63,707 nt of DNA, filler included, from Choristocarpus tenellus KU-1152 (GCA_964200185.2; 8 parts of 8 records of this genome joined end to end with filler, not necessarily neighbours in it); one strand, 5' to 3'; positions 24,959 through 38,084 are shown, counted from the first letter of the whole stretch. Translations and numbers: made by a program. The notes: generated by a model from the letters alone, not told the origin.

Positions 24959-26595
24959 TGATACCCCTTCCAACCACCCTTGGTCTTGTTTAACAGGAAG
25001 CTACTGAGTATTTCGAATGTATGAAGTAGATAGTGCAGGTTTGCATCAATGCGATGGATTTGAGGAGCTTATCATGTCATATTCCAACTGTGTCGTGTTT
25101 ATGGCAGCAACCTTATTTTCGAAAGTTTCACACTTTCAGTCACATTTTCTCACATTTGACGCAACTTGCAGTCGCAGTTAGGAAATTTTCCTGTTGGCTA
25201 CATATTCTCAGGACATACCACAATAATTGTTGCCTTTCACCCACTGTATCTCTCACATGATACATACTGAGTATATCTATCTATGGGGTCACATATTTTC
25301 GCATTCAACGCAGCTTGCATTCACAGGCAAAAAAACTCTTTCCTGTCAGCAACATGTCCTCAGTACATTCCACAGTAATTGTTACCTCTCGCCCACCGTA
25401 TCTCTTACATGATACATCTGAGTGTATGGATCGAGGGGGTTAAAGGAGCTATGTGTGTGTGTGCATATCAAACCTGTAGTGAGACCACTGCCTCACTGTG
25501 CGGCCACCACTCCCCCAGCAGTGTTGCCAACCTTGTTGTATTAGCGTTGTCCCCTCCATTTTCCCCTGCCCTATGTATCTTTTTGTAGCACTTAGTCCCA
25601 TCATGGTCAGATTCTCGGGTACTGTCACCTCCTTTTCCTTGCTCTCCTCCTTCCAATTCACTCTCCTCTCCATCTTCATGTGCAACGCTTACAACATTAT
25701 CTCTGTTCCCTTCAACCTCAGATCTCTCAGTACACTCCTCTGACTGTAATGACAAACTGCTTTGGCTGTTTTCCTCTTTTGAATCTCCTTCTTCATCTCC
25801 ATGAATGGTACTCTGACCATGATTGGGGCCTAGGTTATGAGCCAGCTGCTTGTCTTGGCGGCTGCCTCCATTGGGGGCCATTTCTTCAGAGTATGCCTCA
25901 CCCATTGTGCTGGCCTCAAAGACTTTGCTGCCCGCTGCCTATGAGTAAGGGATTGTGCTAGATGGTTACACAAGTGTGCGATTGCATGACTCTTCCTAGG
26001 GAAGACTGTATTGTTGTTGATTGTTCACATGAGTGGGTGGGTTTTTCCTACTGCGAAGAACATGATAAGGGACTTGCCTCAGATCGCCTGTTGTACCAAT
26101 GTTGTACCAACGTTGTGTTTATTGATAACAATTTACTCTCAACATCTAAAAGGGTGAATGGCAGGAGAATTAATATTGTGCATATCAAAGTTTGCGATGG
26201 CAGAATGAGTCAACAACACTTCGCCTTGTCCTCTATCTCATCATCTTCTCAAAGCCCCACACCTAGATCTGTGTATATTCCCCTCTATTGAGATCTGTGT
26301 CACCATGTCTTCCGCCCATGACAACGACCCTGGCACAAACTAATACGTGTCTCCACAATGCCCAAAACCCTTGTCTTGACAACAGCACCTTCCGATATGT
26401 CCTTCGCCTGGGGTTATAATTGTTGAAGGACCTTGGAAGGCGATTCTCTGCCACAGTGCAAGCACCAAGCTGTCTCAAGATTGGCTGGATGTCCCATGCC
26501 CGGACCACACCCTGCCAATGATGAAAATAGAAAATGAGGTTAGAATCAATGTTGCTGCATCACCTGAATTGCCTATTTGCACCCATGCATTTCCA

Positions 26596-26855
26596 GAGTG
26601 AAAGTATCTTAAAAGGTGCGAGTATTGCTCTGTTTGTCTGTTTGGGGCTTGGCTTCCCACGGGTTTTATTACGACTTTTTCCTACTCTGAAATGTTTCGG
26701 AGTAGGTAAAATGTATACGTTATGAAAAGGTGTGTCCAGAACAAGGATGCTGATACTTTTGTAACAAACACAATAGCCGAAATTACATCAAAATCGTAAC
26801 TTTGGATTTTGGCCCCCAAACGGACACGGCTCTACCCTCTAAGATAATATGACTC
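26596..26855 (+). mobile_element. MITE family B, full copy
   Basis: gagtgaaagtatctt / aagataatatgactc; flanks tcca/tcca. Confidence 0.92.
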
Positions 26856-27138
26856 TCCATTTCCCACCAAAATGTCCCTGCTACCTCCACCTGTGTACCA
26901 TGTGTTTGTGGTGGGGCAGTGGTGCAGTGGTGTGATGGTGAGAAATTCTTATTGAAATTTATTCCACATTGTATTGTGTCTTTGTTTGCCTAAAGAAGCT
27001 GATCGCTGTGCACTAATGCTGGTAATACACCCATACTTCTTGCCTTTGTACAAGTGTGTAAGTATGGTTTACTTTGGCATTATTATATTCCTGTTGCATT
27101 TTGCAGATCTTGTCACGAGGGTGAAGGAAGTTACATGC

Positions 27139-27392
27139 GAGTGAAAGTATCTTAGGGTTAGGGTACGCGTTTTGCCCTGTTTGTCCATTTGGGGCTAGGC
27201 TTCCCATGGATTGTTAAATGACATTTTCCTACTCCTAAATGTTTCAGAGTAGGTAAAATATATACGTTACGAAAAAGTGTGTCCGGAACATGGATATTGA
27301 CACTTCCTAACAAACACAACAGCCAAAATTACATCAAAATCGCAACAATTGGATTTTGGGCCTCAAATGGACGCTGCTCTACCCTCTGACTC
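27139..27392 (+). mobile_element. MITE family B copy, short deletion in right TIR
   Basis: gagtgaaagtatcttaggg...ctctaccctctgactc. Confidence 0.9.
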
Positions 27393-28689
27393 ATCGGTGA
27401 CAATGATTTGTACTGGCAATGGCACGGATATGCAGAGGGAGGGGCTACACATGAACCAAAATCAAGTGATCAAGCAGAGTTAATTGAAGCATTGTTCAAG
27501 GATGCAGTGCAAATGCAACTGGTCGAGATCAGTGCCAAAACCCACCGATCATGGGTAGACAACAGAATCGATGTAGGACACACTACTCGTTTGGAAAAAT
27601 ACAAACCATTTGCTGTCAAGGGAACCGAATGCCAGTTGATATAGTCACTGATAGAGGTTGTGAACCAAGACGATTTGCAATTTGGAATTGAAGTCAGGGA
27701 TCTCTCACAGGTTAATCGCTATTAATGATTGGGGTCATCGTGCATGGCATAGCCACGAGGAAACAGACACGTGAAGGGCCCCACCAGAGGGGGAAAAAAA
27801 ATTAGGCTATCACTGCACACGTGTATAAGCATGCGATCGTGCATGAAAAAAGCAGTAATTTTTGGAGGTGGGTACACACGCACATGCACAAGTGCAAAAG
27901 CAGAGTATTTGCACCAAAAAAAAAGTGGTTATGAGATAATTGTGATTGATCAGATGTGGTCAATGGTAATTGGCACTGATTCGCAACTCTAGCCCTTGGG
28001 CTTGTCTTCAATGTGAGAGGGTACTTGCAAGTGGAAAGTCTGGCAACAGGACAAAGCGCCAAAAACAACTTGTATAAAGAGTATTCCATAGTTCCATTGT
28101 TTGCTGAAGAACAAGAGCGCTTTTGCTGCAGCATTTTCGACTTCGAAAAAGGAACAAGGGTTTGAATCTAATCTGGTAGCTGTCCCGTGCCTTGCATAAA
28201 GCAATCCCAAGAAAAGACTTTCCCCTTGGCCTCTTCAGGGCAAGGGACAACAAAATAAGGAGAGGCAAGTACCCAATTGCACATAGTTTCAAGCAAAAAA
28301 GTTGTAGGTAGACCAACTCGACAATCAATCACGCATCAGGTGGCAGGCAATAACTATGTATACAAGAATAGGTCGAGATTTTTTTTGTTCAAAGGAAGAA
28401 ACGAGTGTCGGCGGATGGACCAAGTAAAGTTTCTCACATTTCATAACAGGCTAAGGGCGAAAGATATCTGAATTCAAGGTATATTAATGTTGCAATGCTC
28501 TGTGCCAGAGATAATACAGGTGGCAGTCATTGTACATACAACATTGAACGACCGTTAGAAGGCGATTCCAATCAAGGTAGGAGGTATGGAATATGTTTCT
28601 GCGTGTGGAAACCTGAGTGCATTCCCTAGCCTTGAACTGCATATATTAAGCCCCATCATGCTTGTCGGATAGGGTTATTAAGGATACTT

Positions 28690-28951
28690 GAGTGAAAGTA
28701 TCTTAGAGGGTACGAGTTTTGACCAGTTTGTCCAGTTGGGTTTTGGCTTCCCATGGGTTCTTTTCAAGACATTTTCCTACTCCAAAATGTTTCGGAGTAG
28801 GTAAAATGTATACATTATGAAAAGGTATGTCCGGAACAAGGAGTTTGACACACTTCCTAAAAACCACGATAGGCAAAATTGCATCAAAATCGCAATATTG
28901 GATTTTGGCTCCCAAATGGACGCAGCCTTACCCTCTAAGATAGTTTGGCTC
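28690..28951 (+). mobile_element. MITE family B, full copy
   Basis: gagtgaaagtatcttagaggg / ccctctaagatagtttggctc; flanks actt/actt. Confidence 0.95.
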
Positions 28952-29079
28952 ACTTGAATAATGTCGCTCCTCACTATTACCATGCAGATGGGATGTGATG
29001 TGATTTATTGCTTGGCTGTTACACATCGCTGGGCAGCCGTCATCAAACATCAATATCTCCAAGTGTTCCACGGGAAGGA

Positions 29080-29438
29080 GGCCCAAAGCATTTAAGAGGG
29101 TAGGGCCACCTCTGTTTGGGGTCCATAATCTCAATATTACGATTTTGATATAATTTTGGCTATTGTGTTTGTTAGCAAGTGTAAATATCCTTGTTCCAGA
29201 CACATCTTTCATAGTCATACACATTTTTGGTAACTGTGTTCACACAGAAAACCGAAAAAGGGCAAAAAAAACTGTGGGAAGTCAAGCTCCAAACGGACAA
29301 ACGACTCAAAGTATCTTAGAGGGTAGAGCCGCGTCCATTTGGGGGCCAAAATCCAATGTTGCGATATTGATGTACTTTTGTTTATCTTGTTTGTTAAGAG
29401 GTGTAAATATCCTTGTTATGGACCCATCTTTCATATCG
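29080..29438 (-). mobile_element. Two family B copies: an older one (about 29080-29302) interrupted by a younger one (29303-29438)
   Basis: The diverged copy stops at ...aaacggacaaac, followed directly by a fresh TIR gactcaaagtatcttagagggtagagcc. Confidence 0.8.
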
Positions 29439-29538
29439 NNNNNNNNNNNNNNNNNNNNNNNNNNNNNNNNNNNNNNNNNNNNTTAATTAATTAANNNNNN
29501 NNNNNNNNNNNNNNNNNNNNNNNNNNNNNNNNNNNNNN
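29439..29538. other. Artificial contig linker
   Basis: N44-TTAATTAATTAA-N44. Confidence 0.98.
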
Positions 29539-29607
29539 TTTTCCTGGTTTTGGGCCAAATGGACACCCTGGTGTAGACCGCCTCCCCCCCCCCAGATACT
29601 CTGGGTC
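29539..29607 (-). mobile_element. MITE family A terminal fragment
   Basis: ggccaaatggacaccctggtgtagacc, C-tract, agatactctgggtc. Confidence 0.85.
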
Positions 29608-29792
29608 ATATGCAGGCATAATACAAGAATATCAACAATTCTGTCCTTTTCTGTCATTTTCCCTCCATTGGCAGTGATATGGATGGGGGTTGATCACGTA
29701 TGCCTCTCAGGTTTGCAACATGTCAGATTAGGCATGTTTACCCCCATACCAGTGATTGATATCAGCCCTTCCATGTGTACCCATCGGCATAG

Positions 29793-32700
29793 GTTCGACT
29801 AAGGGGTCCAAGAGAGCTCATTACCCAAGCGGAAAAGCTGCTGCTCGAGTTTAGGGATCACAATTTCTGCTTGGAAGTCCCAGTTGGACAAGATGATGAG
29901 GTATGACCTGTGCAAGAGGACCAAGGATCTGGTGTTGGTATTTTAGAGAACTACCTGTGCATAGATGACATAGTATGAATAGTTATATACTCTGTACTCC
30001 TAGTATCTCGAACAATATACTTCTGCACACAGAGTACAACTGTACAAACATTCTTTTTGTGACTCTGGCCTGGCCATCAGCACTTGTCTATGAGGTTTTC
30101 CCGACATCTTTTTTTTTCTATCAACTGGTGAAATACATGACATTTTGTGCAATACTAGAGACAGACATTTTGTGCAACACGGTATGCCTGCCCACCAACT
30201 TTCAATGCCAGCATCACGCAACTCAGATCGCACTCGCCGTTTTATCACTATTGACAGGGCATGCTCCTGGGTCGTGGGGGACTTCTTTGCACAATAGAAA
30301 AAGAGCTTAGAGTGGAGCTCAAACTTATCCGCAGTCGACGCCTTGTACACATCCGAGGGCCAAGGACCAGTGCTGAGAAAGCATGCGCTCGCCTACTCAG
30401 AACAATTCACGGGGGTTTAGAGGATGAAGAGGTGAGGCTTTACGGCACAGAAGGTAGGCATTCCGGAACAAAAAAGTGTGTCTAATCATGTTTTGATTAT
30501 AGGGTTAGGGTGTCAACTTCCCGACCTCCTCCCGCTGGTCATGATATCATATTACAACCCGAGCATGCTCCACCTGCTCACCCACCTGGTCCAACCATGA
30601 ATAATCCCTCTAAGAGTGAAAGTATCTTAGAGGGTACGAATTTTTCCCTATTTGTCCATTTGGGGCTTGGCTTCCCACGAGTTTTTTTTTAATGACATTT
30701 ACCTACTCCAAAATGTTTCGTAGTAGGTAAAATGTATACGTTACGAAAAGGTGTATTTGAAACAAGGATATTGACACTTCCTAAAAAAAATAATAGCCAA
30801 ATTTAGATCAAAATCGCAACATTGGATTTCGGTCCCCAAACGGACGCGGCTCTACCCTCTAAAATACTTTGACTCTGAGCTTCATTCCCCATTAGTACTC
30901 CTTCAGTTTTCATTCTGCTCTGCCGACCTAGCATCTCCACCATCTTCATGCCCTCCTGTTATAGCTCTTGTCCTCCCTTTGTTGCTGTGGACCTCGTCCT
31001 CTGATCTTTACTAATGCAGGACAGAGTTCACCAGTTGTAAGTGCATAAAGAAAAAAATAATTAAATGACCCATTTTCAGGAGTTTGACGTTGAAAATATT
31101 GTTCCTTAAACCAAAGGAAAGGAATATGGCCAACAGTTCAAGAAGTAACAAACGTAATCGATAAACCAAAGGGCGATGTTCCGCTCCCTGCACTGAAAAA
31201 AAACGTTACACAAAAATCTCTGTAACCAAGACCCGTGATGCTGGGTTGTGCCCACAATGACCCCTTCACATAATCACACCAAATGTCTCTCTACCTTGAG
31301 AGTTTCCCCTGCCTCCCCCCCACACCACCTGAAACAACACTATTTTCTGTTTTTAAGGGGGAAGATGAGTTATCTGTTGTTGTGGTACCTGTGGATGCCT
31401 GTGTGATGGGCGCAGTGGTGGGGAGAGGCGGTACAAATATCAAGAGACTCTCACAGGAGACTGGAGTTGAGATGGATGTCAGTGGATCAACGCCACAGGT
31501 GTGACATGGGATGCTAGCTAGCTCCTTACACTGTCTTTAGCACTGTGAATCAAAATAATCAAAATGAGTACTCAGTGTACGTTTAAAATCGGTCAACTCG
31601 ACATTATTATTATTTTATTGAATTCAATTCAATCGAAGCATGGGCCCAGGGTGTTAGACTAAAGGCCCCCAGGATGTTGAGGGGGACCATCATTAAGGCA
31701 TGGAAATTTCGACTTACGCTGATTTCTGCTCTCTTTTTCCACTGCCAAATGTACCATCAGTACTGTGTGAGATGGACTATTGCCAATGTTGTTGTCGAAG
31801 AGAGGACTAATATGTGACTGCAGGGTTGCAAAGAGGGATTTCTTCATGATGGAAAGCCTATGCTTCAGTAGCCCCTTCAACTTTTGTTGTGACTTGCCCA
31901 TCGACATCCTTGAGATGTCATCTGAGGAGAGAAGGTGCATTCAAGAGAATATGCCCCACGAACACGTGAACCAATAACGAGTCTGTTTAGAATGTAATTG
32001 TCTTGTTTACAAGTCACAGTATCAGCGTATAGAATACAGAAGAGAGAACGAAGGCATCTGTACTTTCTGTATTCAGTTAGCTGTGAGATTCATAGGTACG
32101 GGTGGAGATTCGTGTTTTCAGTAGTGAGTAGTGAGAAGTGAGAAGTGAGACCTTATGGTCAGCTGGATCACACGCTCTGTAATTCTGTTGTCCTTGTACC
32201 AGTGCAATAAATATAGCTCAATCTTGTCCGGTGAGGGGCCATCAGAAGAGAAAAAAATTGTCGTGAGCGTCTCTCATTCTCCTTCATGTCTAATTAAAAA
32301 ATGCGCACCTGAAAAGAAGAAAAAAAATGCGCATTCTTCTCCTGGAAGTTCATCAATGTTCTTATAATGTCCCTGTCAAACGGTTCAACTACTTTCTAGT
32401 GTGTGATGGGAGGAAAGAGCCGGGGAGCAGGTTAATATGTATCAATATCTTGGTAACTCTGCTGCTGCATTTCATTCAAACAGCAGGAGTTCACAGACAA
32501 GACCTTCTCTTGCAGCAATTTGAAGGGTATCCAAACTCAAGCTCCCTGGTTCGGCACTTGTGACATGATTGTCCGTCTCAGATCTCTACCTTCCATATCT
32601 ACACCAGGTTCGACTACGTGGCCACAACCGTGACAGGGTTACCAAGGCCAAGCAGGCCCTACTCCATTTCATAAGTGGGGTGCGAGTCGTGGTATGCATA

Positions 32701-34399
32701 GATCCATACGAGGCCCACAAGCACGCAGGGGAAGATGCTAGTGAGGAGACCATGCATCTGGTCCTGCCAACAGCAGACACTCTCAGGCGCCTTGGTCAGA
32801 GGTACTCCTGCGTGGTGGACATTGACAGAGGAAAATGTACTAATGATAGTACTTGCAGGGATGGGAATGGTAGCGTAAACCGAGTGAAGGATCAACACGG
32901 GGGCAAGGTGAAAGACTCTCCTAGGTATTGGTATTGCATGAATGAAAAGGATGAAGAAAGGGGTGAGGCATGCAAGAATAGAGGGTTACAGGAAGAGAAC
33001 GAGTCCGAGCCACCATCGTGGCAGGTGCAAGTGAGGGGTCTGTTGGCTCATGCCACGGAGGCAAAGATTGCCGTGCTGGAACTTATTACCGGATGCGGAC
33101 TGGTGGACATTGTAGTTGGAAAGGAGCGCGCATCCTGCCTTGGTCCCCGCAGCTGGAAGGGAATACAGGTGATTTCATTCAAAGAGTTCACCTGAAGCAG
33201 CTCCTGATTATAGATGCCTAGCTATGAGAGCATAACCCTAACCCTGACCCTAGTTGCAGGGTCCAACAGTTAGTCAAAGGTGAAGTGCATAATCTCGAGG
33301 TAGAAGTATGTTAAGCCAATGATTGAAGGTTGCCTGTTTTAATGGAAGTTAAGGAGTATGCCCTACTTCTTGAAGCTCTTCCCCCAATATCATCCTATCC
33401 CACCAAATTCATAGCAATGCCGTGGCACATCAAAGTAGATGGTCTCTTGATCTTTGATCACTCAATCAACAATAATTGTAGTGTACCAATTGCAGAACAA
33501 GTGTCCATCCATAACAATTATTATTGTTAATTTAAATCACAGATGATATGGTCGTCGAACTGCAATGATATTCAAGTCTCAACACCCACACGCAAGCGTG
33601 CGCACACACGCACCCACATTTCAAATTATGAACAAAAGCCTTTCTTTATTCACGCACTGTGTCATAATATCATGCTGAAGTCCTCAACTGGTGCCACAAT
33701 CACGCTCGACAAGAGGAGCTTCACCCTCAGGGTGAGAGGACCGGCAGCATCAGTCAAGAGAGCAAAGGTTCAAGTGTATAACATGCTTGATTGCACTTTT
33801 CCAGGGCAGTTTGACCAGGTACAGCAGTTTGATCCAGTTCAAACGAGGAGGGACAATTTGCCGAAGCAATGATCCGTAGAGTAGGAACCGCTTTTGGATA
33901 TATTTGTTCAACCCTTGAGTACAGATACCAGTGCTTGTACTAGACTCTTACATTGGGCGCAGTGTCTCCTCAAATATGTTGTATCGGTCAACCTCCTGAT
34001 GAACTTCTGCCCTTGCCCTTAGTCCTACCTATTGTTGAGAATTGAAATGCTGCCTACACAGTATGCAATGAGGTGTAAGCAACAGCACCTTCCTGTTTCT
34101 AATGTGCCTCTAAGAGGCAAGCACTTGGCAACAGCCTAGAACCCTGCAGCCATTTCACTCCTTAGTTTTTGATTTGCATTAATTTAGGCTTTGCTGCCCA
34201 GTGATTCCTACAAGTGCTCTGCATTTGTACATTATAACTGATATGTACCCAGGTCGACATGCCTAGGAGAGCCCTGGATGTTGTGGGGACAGCAGGGGCC
34301 CTTGCAACAGCTGCTGGGGAGAGTGGAGCTCACCTGTGGCCTGACCGTCCCTGCTCTTGTGTGAGGGTCTGTGGGGAGCCACATGATGTTGCAAAAGCG
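29793..34399 (+). CDS. Multi-KH-domain RNA-binding protein (vigilin-like architecture), internal part
   Basis: Exons 29793-29900, 30258-30431, 31358-31498, 32608-33168, 33681-33818 and 34253-34399 are all phase 0 and GT-AG. KH signatures GMLLGRGG and MGAVVGRGGTNIKRLSQETGV, with repeated V/IxxRG-helix segments. Confidence 0.88.
30614..30875 (+). mobile_element. MITE family B, full copy inside a KH-gene intron
   Basis: gagtgaaagtatcttagaggg / ccctctaaaatactttgactc. Confidence 0.93.
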
Positions 34400-35077
34400 G
34401 TGAGAGATTGCTTCTGGTTGAGGGAGGGGACGGAATGATGATGTCACTTCTGCTGGGATTTGTTGGTGATATTCTCTTCTCATCATTTAGGACAACCTGG
34501 ACCCCCTCTTGATCTCTGAATGCAATTTTAGGACCAATATCAGTAATTCTCAACTGTTTGCATGGGGAATTTCCTACTGTTGTGAAATGCTCTTTACACA
34601 GCATCGTGTGAAAGAGGCTCCGGTGGAGTTTGTATTAGGGGGTGCATTGGCCTATCTCCAACTCTTGCTCGTACTCTCCCTTGACTCTGAGTAGTGCACT
34701 ATCCCAGACTTCGAATCTTAGGTAAGTCACTTCGAAAATATAGGTACTTAATGTACAGGTCCGAACCACTCTACCTACCCGACCAACCTACTGACCTCTG
34801 TCCTGCCCTTGACACCCCCCTCACTTTTCTGGATGTTGGAATGGCTACACTCTCATTTCCTCTCTTTCTGGTCTACAGTACAACACCCCCAACTCTAAAA
34901 TCGTACATGCACTATTCATACCGCCATCTCCATCTCTTCCCCATTACTTGTGGCACTTCTTACAAGCACTGTACTGTTCCACCCTCGTGGTCCCCTGCGT
35001 TCAATTGAGATTCTTGTGGAGAAGATATAAGCAGCCATCAATAGAAGCAAAGCAGTGCATGTCTCTATCAACTATTT

Positions 35078-35341
35078 GAGTCAAAGTATCTTAGAGGGTA
35101 GAGATGCGTCCGTTTGGGGGCCAAAATTTAATGTTGCAATTGTCATGAAATTTTGGCTATCGTGTTTGTTAGGAGATGTCAATGTCCTTTTTCCAGACAC
35201 ACCTTTTCATAAGGTGTACGTTTCACCTACCTGAAACATTTTGGAGTAGGTAAAGTGGCATTAAAAACCTGTGGGAAGTCGAGCCCCAAACAGACAAACA
35301 GGGCAAAACTCGTACCTTCTCTTAATAAGATACTTTCACTC
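35078..35341 (-). mobile_element. MITE family B, full copy
   Basis: gagtcaaagtatcttagaggg / taagatactttcactc. Confidence 0.93.
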
Positions 35342-35562
35342 AACTACCGCCACGCAGCATACACACACCCTCTTCCCTTCAATCTCTGTAGTTTATTGGA
35401 GATGCAGGATTTAAAAAAAAGAAGATTTTTTTTGCATTTTTTTTGCATTTATATTACTTTTTTACTTTTTTACTTTTTTATTTTCACTATGTTTCTATGA
35501 TGGAAACGTGGAAATATCATGAAGATCTCCGTCGTGCGGTTAAGGGTGTCTGTGCTGCTTAC

Positions 35563-35589
35563 GGCTCAAAGTATCTGGGGGGGGGTGGG
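35563..35589. mobile_element. MITE family A terminus, cut by linker
   Basis: ggctcaaagtatct followed by G-tract. Confidence 0.85.
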
Positions 35590-35689
35590 NNNNNNNNNNN
35601 NNNNNNNNNNNNNNNNNNNNNNNNNNNNNNNNNTTAATTAATTAANNNNNNNNNNNNNNNNNNNNNNNNNNNNNNNNNNNNNNNNNNNN
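35590..35689. other. Artificial contig linker
   Basis: N44-TTAATTAATTAA-N44. Confidence 0.98.
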
Positions 35690-35738
35690 TTGTCGCCCCC
35701 AAACGGACGCGGCTCTACCCTCTAAGATACTTTGACTT
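35690..35738 (+). mobile_element. MITE family B right terminus
   Basis: cccccaaacggacgcggctctaccctctaagatactttgact. Confidence 0.88.
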
Positions 35739-36000
35739 TCTGCACCATATCCACTACAAGTCCATCTGTCAATTTCATTTGGCCTTGCCATGCGAACAAT
35801 AAAAATGTGTACAGCATATTGAAGGCTGAGTTGCCACATACGGATGAGAAATCACATTCGGCACCCAATATACATTTGTATTTATAATTTTAACAAAAAA
35901 ATAGTAAAATATAAATACAGAAATATCACTTTGTATAACATATTTTATAATTTGGATACAGAAGTAGTTCAAGATACAAGGTTCGGGTAGAGTGAATTAG

Positions 36001-36607
36001 GGAGGCATGGTCATGATCTGGCTCGAGTGAAAAAAATATTACCTGATCAGCCATAGATAAAATGTTCTAACATGGTTGAGTCCTTAGCCATCGCTCGCTC
36101 GACATGATTGGGGTTGTCGACTGGCCAGGTACAACCAAGTTCAAACATGACTGAGTCCATGGCCATCACTGTTTCAACATGGGCGGGGCAAGGACCGGTC
36201 AGTGGCCATGTAGCTGACAGTGGACATGCTAACCGCCTGACCCGGCGAGAAGTCCTGGTCCAGATAAAAAGTGATGCTTTTCACTGGGCCAATCTATTAG
36301 CATGTACAATGTCGGGTATATGGTCGCGGGCTGATCTGTGGCCCAAGATGAAATGTCAATGGTCAATGACTCTGTAATGTTCGAACTTGGTCATACATGG
36401 CTGGTGGTGACCTTCGTCGTGTTGAGTAAGTGATAGCCATGGACTCGGTTATGTTCGAACTTGGTTGTACATGGTTGGCCAGTGACCCTCGTCATGTTGA
36501 GTAAGTGATGGCCATGGACTCGACCATATGTTAGAACATTTTATCTATGACGGGTCAAGGAAATATTTTTTTAACACTTGTGCTGACCACATCATGGGCA
36601 TGCCTCC
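36001..36607. mobile_element. Fold-back element (family C) with long TIRs built of about 75-bp subrepeats
   Basis: Ends ggaggcatg / catgcctcc. 36052-36073 is the exact reverse complement of 36528-36549. The unit gagtccatggccatcact...aaccaagttcgaacat recurs in both arms. Confidence 0.88.
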
Positions 36608-37139
36608 TATTTTATATTTTAACACTCTTTTTGAATGCTGTATCCTAAATTTCAAGTTTAAACTACTTTAAGTACAAAACATATTATATATATGGGAGAT
36701 TCATCTTCCAAAGAAGGTATACCTTGCAGATAACCTATCTTGAAGAATCTGATATTCATCTGGCGTTTGTTTTTCCATGTTGAAGGTAACATCTGCTTGA
36801 AGTAAATAGCGGGTGGTTTGAGGGGACCTTGCAAACCCCCCTCATTCACTTTACCACTTGTTCACTCTTTTCGTGAGTGATCTTCTTTGTGAGGGATTGC
36901 TTTCTCTCTTGTCTTGTCTCTCTCTTTTTTCTTGCCTCGTGTGTCTTCCCCTTCCCCTTCAGTACGAAGAACCCGTCGACTTGTTTCCATTTGTTTCACA
37001 TAGAGTGATATTTCTATAATATTTTATAGTTTTATTTAGAATATTAAAATTGTAAATTTAATACAAGTTGCTGCGTGTCTGAGGTGATTTGTGATCTGTG
37101 CGTGTGTGAATGTCTGACATTCACACTTGAATAACGCGT

Positions 37140-37486
37140 TGTGGGCATAATCCGGACATGCCAGAGAAAAATTGAACTGATGGCCGGCCATGGTCTGGAT
37201 ATGCAAGGGAAAAAGGTAGACTGGACAATCAGTAGAGGACATGGAACAGTACAATAAATACCCTGGACATGGTCCACACATGTCACAGAAAGTTTGACCT
37301 CGGTACCGGTTCAATACGTAGTGGACAAGGACAGGGACATGTCAAATAATTGTGGGGCTGGCCCAGACATGGACATGAACCGGTTCAACTTAGTGGACAG
37401 ACTGGGCAGGTACACGTTAAATAATTGAGATCAGTCCAACTGGTGGACTGGACTTTGTAAATTTCCTGGCTTGGTGAAAAGCCCTG
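37140..37486 (-). mobile_element. Family D element end, related to 4602-5010
   Basis: Reverse complement reads cagggcttttcacc...gttggac...caattatttaacgtgt...ctgtccac...gttgaaccggttcatgtcc, colinear with 4602-4720. Confidence 0.6.
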
Positions 37487-38084
37487 AAGAAAAGGTGTGG
37501 GAAAGGTCCTCAACGCCCAAAAAGTTCCCTAGAAACATACTCGCAGTAGTAGTGCAATGAAAACTTGACTGCACCTAACATCGTATTACATTTATATTTT
37601 GGTATTCTTGTGGAAAGCCGGTTTGTCTGTTGTTATAATGTTACTGCCGTATTATATATACCGTTATACCGATAGAGGTTTCCTTGTCAGGAATCCCCCG
37701 ATTCCAGTCAGTGGAGATCAATCCCACAACAAGTACCGGACATCTCTTCAACCAGAGATGTCATACATCAAAGGTTCTCTTTGCTGTCTTGTCTTGACTT
37801 TTGTGATGATCCTCCTCTCGTAAGGTTCATCACATCACTCCACATTTTCCCCGCAACTCCTTGCAGTGTTGCTCTTGTCCAACCTTAACCTTGTCTTTTC
37901 GGTTACGGTTCATCTTGGTCCGTCTTGCCCTGTGATTCTCTGCACCACCCTTACCTGAGTGAACCACGTTAGCACAGAATCACACAAGTCATACTCTAAA
38001 TAGAATTTTGACATTATATTTAGTACCTACAACAGTAGTAGCAGCATATATAGGTTAGAAGATGAGTGGATGGTAAATTGGAGA

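Noticed and set aside
25030-28680. Possible transposase that mobilises the MITEs
   Set aside because: Coding-like but full of stops; I could not find a DDE/DDD triad or enclosing TIRs.
30614-30875. MITEs acting as introner elements
   Set aside because: The intronic copy lies well inside an existing intron; no element terminus coincides with a splice site in any gene model.
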